Part shown: piece after piece, positions 27,040-42,697 of the stretch | Layout: every line of letters begins with the position of its first letter | How positions within the stretch are numbered: the first letter of the stretch is position 1 | Assembly: GCA_964247055.1 (NCBI GenBank) | Contig: OZ176050.1 | Span: 8,556,001-8,620,000 of the forward strand | Reading direction: 5' to 3' | DNA from: Paragordius varius | Lineage: Eukaryota > Animalia > Nematomorpha | Length of the DNA: 64,000 bases | Notes under the pieces: model-generated | What the model saw: only the letters and a program-made list of their open reading frames with translations | What the model was told of the DNA's origin: nothing | Databases searched by the model: none | Position numbers and translations under genes: made by a program

Positions 27040-29187
27040 ATGGAAGTGTGTGACAGAAAACCACCATTAACCTGGTCCCAAACACCAAATATTCATGCTT
27101 ATCTAAGACTCATTCTCCTTACTTCTATTGCATGTGGTTTGGAATTTTGTGTGAGTGCCGGATTCGTTTATATACCATCGTTGTTGATGGAAATTGATGA
27201 TTTGGATGGGTTTGAGATGTCAATTATCCTTAGTTTGGCACCTTTGGTTGGTGTTATAACCATCCCCTTCATAGCTAAATTCAGTGATGACTGCCAGTTA
27301 CGATCGGGTGGGCGCAAACCCATCATAATCTTTTTGAGCATTTGCGTATTTTTGTCATTAATATTACTTGGATCTCATCCCAATATAGATGGGCTTTTAA
27401 GCGCGCTACCATCTCATATTCATCAGATTCTTTCTAAATATAGCCTTATTCTTGGGATTTTTGGTTTGGATTATTCGACTCAAATCTGTCTGAATCCTTT
27501 GGAATCCCTGTTATCCGATTTATACAAGGATACTCCTTTAGCTGAATTTTCGTACGCTATATATGCAAGTATGCTAGCTTTAGGTAGTTGTGTAGGTTAC
27601 TTAATAGTTGCCCTTGATTGGGATAAAACCTATATCTCCTCATATTTTATTGATTCACAAGAACAAGCCGTATTTTTTATTCTTGCCATTTTGTTTGTTG
27701 TTAGTTTAGTAGCAACACTTTGGGCCCTAAGGGGCATAAAGCGAGATACCGTTAATAAAACTTTATTGCACAAAAATTCGAATGTTCAATCAAAAGATGT
27801 GAATGATCCGCTAAACCCCAAAGATGATGGATATGAAAGTAATTCCACATACAGTGATTCAGAACTCCTAACATTAGTTTTTGATACTCATAATTATCAA
27901 TCCGATTTCTTACAAAATCCGAACAATATTTTACAAAAAATTACAGTCAATGAAAACCAAATTATACCCATGCATTCTGATGTGGAAGTCAACGATTACC
28001 AAAAAGTCAAACATTATTCCATAAATCGCAATAATAGAAAAGTTGATCACATATACAGGATAGTATCTTCTTTTTATTGTAGCAAAATACTTCATGTCCC
28101 AACAACCAAAGCATTACGATTATTCCTAAAGCTACGTTCCGGGTGGCAATACATAAAGGTTTGGCTCAAGTGGCCCATTGTTTTACGCAAGTTATTTTGG
28201 GCTCATTTGTTTATGTGGACGGCTCTCATGATACATAATTTATTTTATGCCGATTTCATGGGTCGCTATATATTTATGGGTAATCCAAAACGTAATTTGA
28301 CTTCTCTCGTGTCTACGACCCTGCCGTCTTCTCACATATTCTCTACATTTTCACAATATGATTCTGATCAATTGCTCGATTTGGATCATCGCTTATTAGC
28401 AGAGGAAAATCCTGCTGTTATTAATAAATCTATGGGAAGTAATAGTAGTCGTATACAATATGATGCTGGCATTAAATCTGCCAGTTGGGGTTTTCTCTAT
28501 CATTCCTTAACGGCCGCTCTCATAGCACCGATAGTTGAACGTTTTATAATTAATCGCCAAAATATGGATGCCAGACAACTCTATCAATTTAGTCTTTTTA
28601 TTTTTAATGGCGCAATGGCGGTTCTAGTTTTAGCACCTATAGGTTCTGCAATGTTGTGCAATTTCGTAACAACTATTACAGGTCTTACACTTGCCATAGT
28701 TAACTCTATTCCATTCATTTTATTATCGAAATATAACATGTGCAAACCAAAATATTATTTTGATCAATATGCAAAACTTTCGCTCATTAAAAATCGTGAT
28801 AAAAATGAAACATTTAAAAATGGGACACCGGCTAATGTGGGGAAAACAAATTTTTTTAGCAATCGCAAACAAAATATTAATCATTCCCAAAGTAATGGGC
28901 AAATTAAATGTAATGGTAAGAATAAAGACACAGATTCCAAAGAATCCCTTGGTTCCGAGCGACTTTTACTGGGTATAGGAGCAGACATTGCCGTACTAGA
29001 TATCGGATTCTTTTTAGCTCAAATATTTGCTAGTTTAATCATTGGTCAAATCATTAAGCTCACGAATGATCCCAGGTTTTACATGTTATCAGCCTTAGCG
29101 ATTGCAACGTTAGGATGTTTCCTAGCTAAAAATATAATTGTGAATGAATCTGAATTAGATATACTTCGATATACTTACGAGGAATGA
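27040..29187 (+). CDS. SLC45 family (MFS) sugar/H+ symporter, SLC45A3/prostein-like; single exon, first in-frame ATG at 27040 (715 aa)
   Basis: Long uninterrupted ORF (track start 26941 is TTG) with multiple hydrophobic helices. GLEFCVSAGFVYIPSLL, FSDDC..RSGGRKP, DYSTQICLNPLESLLSDLY, LGSCVGYLIVALDW, FYADFMG and GADIAVLD are SLC45-type motifs. Confidence 0.88.
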   Translation: MEVCDRKPPLTWSQTPNIHAYLRLILLTSIACGLEFCVSAGFVYIPSLLMEIDDLDGFEMSIILSLAPLVGVITIPFIAKFSDDCQLRSGGRKPIIIFLSICVFLSLILLGSHPNIDGLLSALPSHIHQILSKYSLILGIFGLDYSTQICLNPLESLLSDLYKDTPLAEFSYAIYASMLALGSCVGYLIVALDWDKTYISSYFIDSQEQAVFFILAILFVVSLVATLWALRGIKRDTVNKTLLHKNSNVQSKDVNDPLNPKDDGYESNSTYSDSELLTLVFDTHNYQSDFLQNPNNILQKITVNENQIIPMHSDVEVNDYQKVKHYSINRNNRKVDHIYRIVSSFYCSKILHVPTTKALRLFLKLRSGWQYIKVWLKWPIVLRKLFWAHLFMWTALMIHNLFYADFMGRYIFMGNPKRNLTSLVSTTLPSSHIFSTFSQYDSDQLLDLDHRLLAEENPAVINKSMGSNSSRIQYDAGIKSASWGFLYHSLTAALIAPIVERFIINRQNMDARQLYQFSLFIFNGAMAVLVLAPIGSAMLCNFVTTITGLTLAIVNSIPFILLSKYNMCKPKYYFDQYAKLSLIKNRDKNETFKNGTPANVGKTNFFSNRKQNINHSQSNGQIKCNGKNKDTDSKESLGSERLLLGIGADIAVLDIGFFLAQIFASLIIGQIIKLTNDPRFYMLSALAIATLGCFLAKNIIVNESELDILRYTYEE

Positions 29188-29332
29188 TTTTTTACGTTTT
29201 CCTATCAACACATAATAATCTAATCATCATATTTTATTCACAAACCTTAATTTATATTACAGTGCTCAATTGTTTTTTTTAGCTAAGGTGGTCTCTAAAA
29301 TTAATATTTCATATTTATTCAAAAATTTATTG

Positions 29333-29368
<36 letters not shown>

Positions 29369-29759
29369 TATTATTTTAATAAACTCTGTAATACAATTAA
29401 TTCAATAATTTTATATGGGGTGCTTGATATTACAACTGTAAAATACTATGCATTTTATCATCATAAGCCAATAATAATTTATAAATGATTAATTTATTTT
29501 TATTTAATAGAAAATTTTATTTGTAACTAATGTAGAGCGAAATAGTCTGACATTGTTAAAAAATCATGAATACTAAAGTGAAATATTTAAATTCCTAATC
29601 AACAAATTTATACCCAAATTACAAGAGTTTGTTGATAACGAATCATTTAGACATTCTTACAAATTTTCGGTGTTTTTATTTAAAAAAGATTATCATAGGT
29701 TTTGTAATTAATTTAAATCAAATTATTACCTCTAAAAAATCTCTGATATTCTTCATATT

Positions 29760-31648
29760 ATACCTTTGAACGATTCCAATTCACCCTCGAACAACTCAAA
29801 TTCACCTTTACACAATTCCAATTCACCCTATAAATTATGTGTAATTGAATATTAAAAACGTATTTTTTTTATATTTTTAAAAAATAAAATTTCGTGTCAA
29901 ATTAACGTAAAACTGAAAAAATAAACTATGCTATAAAGAAATCTATATATATTTATAAAAATGAAAAGTGGTGACTTTGTGATCTGTTTCCGGACCCGTT
30001 CAAATCCAAATGTCGAAAAAATATTATCATTAATGGATGCCTCGACAATAGCTTCGCCCTTTTTTAAAATTAGGCTCCCAGTTCGGGCTCACCCCGTGTG
30101 AAAACGGTTTTTTTGAACACGTCCACAAAAATCATGTCTTTGAGACAATATTGGAAAATGTGTTGGACCATTCGATTTCAAATATGATTTTTATTTACTT
30201 TTTTTGATTGCGCCGAACATAGTCGGCTCGCTTTTTTAATTCAGGCCCTCTTTTTACCCGCTCCCCCCGTAAAATGGCATTTTTTTAAAAAAAAATAAAG
30301 TCCACAAAAATAATTTTTTGAATCTACTTTTCGCCCAAAGCCTGAGGCCGTAAAAATCCAATAAGGATTCCAGGTATTCTCTGTTAAAAGGCAAAAATTT
30401 GGGTAGAGTGTTTTTTTATATTGGCTGCTGGGTAAGGAGATACCCGCTAAAACTGCCCCGTTATATTGAAATAGCGTGTCTTTGGAGCTAAATTTCTGAA
30501 AACCTATCAGGCCATATGAGTTCAATAGCTGCTTAAAATATTACCCGTAACAAGGCAAGAATTTAGGTCGCGCGGTTTTTTAATAGCCGTTAATTAGGCC
30601 CCTCACGCACTGAATAATGCCCCACCATAGAATGATTTTTTAGTTTTGAGGCAATTTTTCAAAAACTTATGAGAGCATATGGAATCAATCATGATTCCAG
30701 GTATTCTACGTAAAAAGGAAAATTTATCAAGCGCTTTTTCTGTATCAGCCTCTGGGTAGGGAGCTACCCGCCTAAAGCTGCGCCACCATATAGAAATTGC
30801 TTTGTTTTGGAGATACTTTACAGAAAATTTATGAAACCATATGAGCTCATTAAAAGCTTGAAATACACCTGTAAAAATTAAGGTCAGGCGTTTTTTTATT
30901 AGCCGTTAATTTGGGGCCTTTTCGCCCTAATACGCTTTAATAACGATTATTTAGTGTTGAGGTATTTTTTCAAATAATCCATGAGACGATGGTATTAAAA
31001 ATGATTCTAAATATTTGTTCTATAAAGGCAAAGAATTTAACTCAGCGCTTTTTCCATATAGGTCTATGAGCAGGAGTCTACCATGTTAAAAATGAGTGGC
31101 CATACAAAAATGGCGTAATTTCGAAGCTAATTTTCAAAAAACTTAAGAAGCCATACGGGTTCAGTTAAACACAGGGGAATTTGTATCATAACATTTTTTC
31201 CTTTGTAAAGGGACCACAAATCATTTACTTTTTATATCCCTTGATCCCAGCTTTGTAAACACAATTTTAAAATATAACTTCATGATTTCGTAAAACGAAA
31301 ATCCTAAAAAAACTAAATGATAGTATATTAATTTAAATATGGTCAATTTTGAGTGAACAATATTTGAGCCTATGCAAAAACCCTTAAAAGAATAATTAAA
31401 GACATTCTTTTTATTAAATATGTTTATTATTTTTATATCTCCATTTCTATTTATTGCAAAAAGAATAATTATCAATGACACTACGTCACAGCGAAGCGTG
31501 ACAGGGCCAGTTATTTTATATTAATGATGAGTTATAATAGCCTGAAAAGACATAATTCATTTTCAAGGTGAATTTGATTTGTTCGAGCGCAAATTTGAAT
31601 TCTTCAAGGGTATATTTTGTTCAAGGATGAATTAGAGGTGTAAATGGT
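29760..31648. mobile_element. MITE family C split by a Helitron insertion (arms 29760-29941 and 31511-31648)
   Basis: Rejoining the arms reconstitutes the reverse complement of the 62510-62773 copy (CTATAAAGA.AT|ATTT.ATATTAAT.ATGAG). Right end is GTAAATGGT. Confidence 0.65.
29942..31510 (+). mobile_element. Non-autonomous Helitron, family D, near complete
   Basis: 5' A|TC start (ATCTATATATATTTATAAAAATG) and 3' GTCAC-AGCGAAGC-GTGAC hairpin (31485-31502) followed by ...CCAG|T (degenerate CTAG|T). No TSD or TIR. Confidence 0.75.
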
Positions 31649-32794
31649 ACATATCGAATGAAACATAGGTATATCGAATACTTTAAACACTCCATGAACC
31701 CCTTTTATTTACCAACTGATGGTGTCTCAACTTATTAAAGATGAGATTATCGCACATATAATGTTTAAAATTGTTGCTTCTTTCGATAGTGTTGGATTTT
31801 CATTTAAAATATCGATGATATCCTAATCCAATTTATTTTTACACCAGATCATTTTTTGTAAAAAAATATTTAAACAGCATATTAGCCTTTTAGCACCACG
31901 AACCCCATCTTCAAAAAATATACATTGAGCCGCAAAAAAGCGTGCGCAATAATATTGAAATTGGGGTTATATTTAATTGTAATATCAGTAAAATACTCTT
32001 AATATTTTACAGCATACTTTCGTGCTACTTTCAGCTTTCGTCTGTAAAATTAAGATTAAATTTAATAATTTGAGAGTAGGATAATAAATTTAAAATTTGG
32101 CGTGAAATATGAAAAATCTAAGCGTTTTATGTTAAATGGATGAACTATTGATCTACAATCAGTAAAATTTAAAATGAAAATAGGGAAGAACGCGTCTTAG
32201 AATATAAAGTAACTGCCCTATTTGTATTCAACGTCATCAATTTTTGCCAAAATTTTGTTTCTTTTTCCCGTTTTCGTAAATGAATTCGGTTTCAGTTCGA
32301 TTCTGTTAAATTCGATTAAGTTTAATAATTTTTCAAAACATGGCTCCGGGTTCAACGATTCAAAACCATTTTTAATTTTTTAGGTGTCAAAAAGTTTACG
32401 AAAAAAGCTAGCTTCCTGTTTTACCAAAATCCTCCGATCCCTAAGTAAATAGGTAAAAAAAATATTTGGCCCAGAATACATTATCGAAATAGAATAATAA
32501 AGTTACCAATACATATAAAGAGACAACTTCTCAACAATTAAAATCAAGTGCGACCCTTAAAGATTGGGTAACTACAATTTAAAGATTTGAATACTTCCAA
32601 TATAAACGTCAATGATGCGCCGTTCGCACCGTTAAACAAACAAAGACTAGGTTTATTTAAAAACCAATGTAAAACAGATTATTTTAAACGGTTGGTCGCA
32701 AAACACATCCCAAGTCCAATATAATTTACACAAACCAAAAGATTCAAAAAGAATTATTTATTATATAATATATCCTTCGTTGTATAACATTAGA

Positions 32795-34542
32795 TTATTT
32801 CTTTTTTGCAGGTTGTTTTTTAACACTCTTTTTTCCCGCGTCCTTGCTTGCCGTTTGAACAGATGGAATTTCCTTTTTACCCGCCTTTCCAACTTGCTCA
32901 GTCTGGGCCTTTTTCACCTGTGTAACGCCACTTTTTGTCTTGTCACTAGCTAACTTTTTTAACGATTGTGAAGGTTTTTTGCCAGTTGAAGCGACGTGCT
33001 CATCAACATCCATACTCGTGGTTGCGGTGCGTTTTCGTTTACGAACTTCATGTTCTGTCTTCCGTTTAGCGACACGTTCTCGCCTAAATTCTTGTAACAT
33101 CCTAGAAGAATAATAGTAAAAAAATATATTTTTTACCAATTAATACGAATATAAAAAGTAAAATTAATGGATAATCTTGCATAAACAGATTAAAAGTTAG
33201 AGATATAAGGTATAAAACATCAGAAGGTTTATAAAACATCTAAAACAAAGTATCTGAAACGAACAAATTGTTATCCACATTACAATCAAATTGTAGATTA
33301 TATCTTGGTGCTCTTATTAAGCTTTGTTAATTCAAAACCCTCGTGTTTATGCTAAGAAATGTAGCGTATTATATTTGTTGCAAATCTATGTTTTAGGCAT
33401 AAATATAGTAGGAAGGTGTGTATGTTCTATGCGATAAGATGTTGTTTGCGGCCCATAAAAAATAAAATACAAAATAAATTAAAAATTTGGAAATTTACAG
33501 CAAATACAATATTGACATTTTTTAAACAATTTCTGATTAAGTCTTCCATATTTCCCCAAAGGACTTCCAACAATTAATGAAATAATATTATTTAAATTGT
33601 GTTCATATATATGTTTAGTTTAAGTTTGAAACCCAATAATATTATATTAATGCCAACAGGCCATTTGTCTTAAGCATTCCTGGTACACTAATGTAAATCT
33701 TGTAAATAAATTTAGTTATATAAGAGAAAAAATCAAAATCAAACGGTTAAGTATATAAGATTAATTTAATTAATTCTAAACGTTGATGCGATTTTATTAC
33801 TTTTCGTATTCGGCCGCCGCTTCTTGACGAGCAACAATTCTCTTACGTTTCAATGCAAGTTGATGACGTTTACGCTGAATCCTAACGGGCGTCACCAATC
33901 TTTGTATCTTAGGTGTTTTGAATCGTGGTTTTTGTGATTTGGCTCCTAAAATTTAAAATAAAAAAAACCTTCTTTGATAGGCAACGGGCGTTTAATCACA
34001 TATTGCCGAACATCATCTTCCTTTCCAAGGTTAAATAATTTTCTAATTTTATTGGCTCTTTTAGGTCCGAGACGCCTTGGAATTTGTTTATCCGTTAATC
34101 CTTCAATTTCTTTTTCTCCTAATACATATAAATTTATTGTTTAACCTTTTCTAACAACAACAAGTGACAATACAGATAAATTAGAATCCACAATGCATCC
34201 TCTGACTGATTTCCTTTTTCTTTCACCCTTTCTTCTTGGGCGATAACAAGTATGACCAGTAGAAAGTAATAATCTTACACGTTTATTTGATAAAACTCCT
34301 TGTTTCATTGGAAATCCTTGTTTATCATTTCCACCTGTAATTTTCAACACATATCCCTTAAATATAAAATTAAATAACAACTTTCCATTCATCGCCTAGA
34401 GAATCGGCAGGGACTTCAGCGGCCATTCTTTTATCATAAAATATTCCCAATTTTCGTTCATCGTCAAATTCAAAAACTTTTTGTGCACCAGTAGCAGGAT
34501 TTGCGATATTTAACTACAAATAAAAGGAAAATATACTTTCAT
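32795..34542 (-). CDS. RPS6: 40S ribosomal protein S6 (eS6) with a long Lys/Ala-rich C-terminal extension; exons 34542-34537, 34513-34382, 34356-34146, 34118-33969, 33945-33801, 33101-32795 (316 aa)
   Basis: [14 protein letters not shown]...[30 protein letters not shown]...[11 protein letters not shown]...[17 protein letters not shown]...PKIQRLVTP is unmistakable eS6. Phases are consistent. Confidence 0.97.
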
Positions 34543-34600
34543 GCTGGACTACGGCGGATGTAGATGAATTTTAACATATGACAAAATGCGATTGTTTTAA

Positions 34601-35182
34601 CACTTCGATTCAAATTGGGGTATCTAAATACCCCAGACTAAATTTAAATTAGGATTTTTAAAAAACTACTGAAGGAAACGGTCTCAATTTAAATTTATGC
34701 TTCTATCCTGATAAAAATTATATAAATATGCCAAAATATTTTGATAAAACTTTGTTTTGAAAAAAAAAGTTCCATCTCAAACTACTTCGACGCCATTTTT
34801 ATTTTACAAAATTTTTGCAAAATATCGTCTACATTTAATTTTAAGGGTAGAACTAAAGCTAAATTTTATTATAAATTACATCCAACATTGATAGAAATAG
34901 AAAAAGCTATTTATTTTGTATTATTTTTTAATTTTACCATTTGACACATGTCACGTTGACGAAATTTTTACCTTTTGGTTTTGGCTAAAATATTTAATAT
35001 CTAATATTTTTAAATAAATTTTTTTATATATTTAGGTTTATTAATGTTATATAAGTGCAAAATTTTGCCATAGATTCGATTCCTTTCATACTTTTTAAAG
35101 TATTTGATTTTAAACAGGCCTGGGGTATCCAATTACCCCAATTTGAATCGAAGGACTAAAATGAGTGTGTTGTATCCAAGTG
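34601..35182 (+). mobile_element. piggyBac-type MITE, family B
   Basis: TTAA|CACTTCGATTCAAATTGGGG...CCCCAATTTGAATCGAAG-GACTAAAATGAGTGTGTTGTATCCAAGTG|TTAA. TTAA flanks and asymmetric terminal/subterminal inverted repeats, as in piggyBac. Confidence 0.88.
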
Positions 35183-35229
35183 TTAATTTTAGGTTATAGA
35201 GTGAAATAAATGCAATGAGGAATATTTAA

Positions 35230-35734
35230 CACGAGGATACAACACCCTTTAAGTTCTTAGATTCAAATTAGGATAGTTGGATACCCAAATTTAAATAATT
35301 CAAAAAATGTAATGAATCGAAACCATGGCAAAAATTTGCACATTTATAGCATATATGAACCGAAATATAAAAAAATTTCATTCAAAACTTGATATTACTT
35401 ATTTTTAGGTAAAATCTCAACCTAAAATTTTGAAAATAAAATAATCACTTTTTCTGTTTCTATCAATGTTAGATGTAATTTAAATGAAAAATTAGCTTTA
35501 TTTTAGCTTTAAATCAAACGATATTTTGCAAAAATATTGTAAAATAAAAATGGCGTCGAAGTAGTTACTATGGAACTTTTGTTTTTAAAACCAAATTTTA
35601 TTTAAATATTTCGGCTTATTTATATAATTTTTATTAGGATAGAAATTTAAATTAAGACCGTTTCTTTCAATACCTTTTTAAAAATTTCAACTTAAATATA
35701 GCCTAGGGTAAGATACCTAATTTGAATCGAAGAT
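35230..35734 (-). mobile_element. piggyBac-type MITE, family B (inverted relative to its neighbour)
   Basis: TTAA-flanked, diverged reverse-complement copy of 34601-35182. Confidence 0.8.
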
Positions 35735-37364
35735 TTAACACTTAAATAAACATTGATAATCTTCCGATTCGAATTCGGTAACACTAACCATACGCCTGTT
35801 TAATATCATAATTTTTGAAATTTTCTTAATAGAATCCTTACCAGCTGGAGTTTCATATCCCCGAGCGATTTGAAATTTGGATATCTAAAACAGGTGTCTG
35901 GAATCTTTTTTGGAGGTGAGCCGTTTCAAAATATAAACGCTTGAAAATATATTTAAAAAAGAACTCTATGTCAATATAAAAGTAAATCAATGAAATGGAA
36001 AAACATTTATTAACATTACATGCTATATAATAATAATGGACTATGATATTACAATGCACTCCTTTATCATTGAAAACCTAAAAATATGAGATATCATTTA
36101 TCATGGCTAGAAAAGTTTATTTATATTCTTCATCTATTGAAAATACAATGCTTTCTGTTCATGAATATTATTTAATAATTCATTTATATCTAGTTTTGTT
36201 TTCGATACAGATCAAGAAGTTTTGCAAATTTTCATCGGTACCTCGTTCCATAGTATGATATTATGAAATTCATTCTTAAAAGAGTTTGTTGGCACAAATA
36301 GGTGCTTGAAAAAATGCAAAGCATTAATTTCGCAAAATCTTTTAGATTGGTAAATTTATTATCTGGTAGATTTGAATTGCAATCAAATAATTTTTCTCAA
36401 AATCATGTTTATATGCATTTTTAGATTGCAAATCAATCTAGTTGTAAATTTCTTGGGGCTTTTACAATATCAAATTTAAAAGTGTTTCTAAAAATTACGG
36501 TTAAGCCTTAATTTATTTTTTTTTATATTTCAAAATACTTTGGCGAGCCATATAAGAGCACACGCCGAACCAAGTTTGGCTCTCGAATAGGTTTCCGACC
36601 CCTGTTTTACAAAACTATTTAAGCTATCAAACCGAATTAAGATATATGCTTTCTTTAGCCTCTTAAGCGCATTGCATTTTCTTAAATGTTAAATTGTAAT
36701 AAAATCTTCATGTAACCATTACCTTTTGGGGTAATTTTATAACCCAGAGAATTAGTTATTTGAATAGCTTAAAAAGTATTTAAGCTATTAAGCCAAATAA
36801 AAATATTTTCTTTAGTCTTTATGAAATACTATACAAAAAAAATCATAAAAAATGTAAAATTTAAAAAAAAATCCTCATGTAAAATTTCCCATTTTTTGTA
36901 TAAATTTTTTAAATGTCTAATATAACAGAAAATTATGTATCTAATTAATTTTAGAAGCTTTTAAGCTGCATAACAGCAAAAACTACATATTTGATTTTTC
37001 AGATTTCGTTTCAATCGTGGTTGATGTCCCATTGTTAGACTCTAAAAGTCATATATCTGAATGCTTGAGAAGAATTTTCGGAAATTAAATAAAATAACTT
37101 TAAAAACAGAGTCTATAACTCTGGGATATCAAACTACCCAAATTGTATTTTAGGATAAAAAAATGAAAATGGTAATAAAGTGTAATATAATCTTTAAATA
37201 ATTTTAAAATAATATTTCAAGTATTTACACAATAAAACAAATATATTCCAAAAAGAGTGATTTCATAAAAGCTAGTCAAAATAAAAGTGCGAGTTGGTAT
37301 GCGCAAAACATATGAGTTTAAAAATGTGGGATAGATCCATATGACACGTTAGTAGTAAAATACC

Positions 37365-42145
<4,781 letters not shown>

Positions 42146-42697
42146 CACATGGTGATTTAATCAGTATTGGTATTGTATACATGCATTAAAAATTGAATGT
42201 GAAAGTTTTTATTTATAAATTTATTTTTATATAAATGCAAATCATCTAGTTATTTAATTAAATTAATATGATAATCAATGCCAAATATTAAATTGTAAAT
42301 AATTGAACCAAATAAATACTTTTTAATTATTAATAGAGTTATTTAAAACTTTGTTAAGGACAATTATTTTAAATCTATTTAAAATATGTATAAACCATAA
42401 TGGTGGTTTAAATTTAGTCTATCGAAGTTTATAAAAAAAATTTGAATTGACAAAAATGAATGAAAGTATTTGTTAATTGTTTATCTCAATGATATTATAT
42501 CAAAACAGCCCAAAAAACTTGGATAAATAATTATATTACGGATGGCTAAATGGCTACAGCAATCCTACGAATAATCAAAATTGAAACACTATGCGCACAT
42601 TATAATATTTTAAAAAAGCTCATTTTTCAATTTAAATATTTTAAAACCTCTTTATACCTTGTGATATTTTATTAAAGACCTGTTATTTATTCCAGAA

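Noticed and set aside
22999-30525. Short ORFs at 22999-23238, 24028-24225, 26040-26261 and 30241-30525
   Set aside because: They lie inside non-coding Helitron repeats, are not conserved between copies and show no Rep/helicase motifs.
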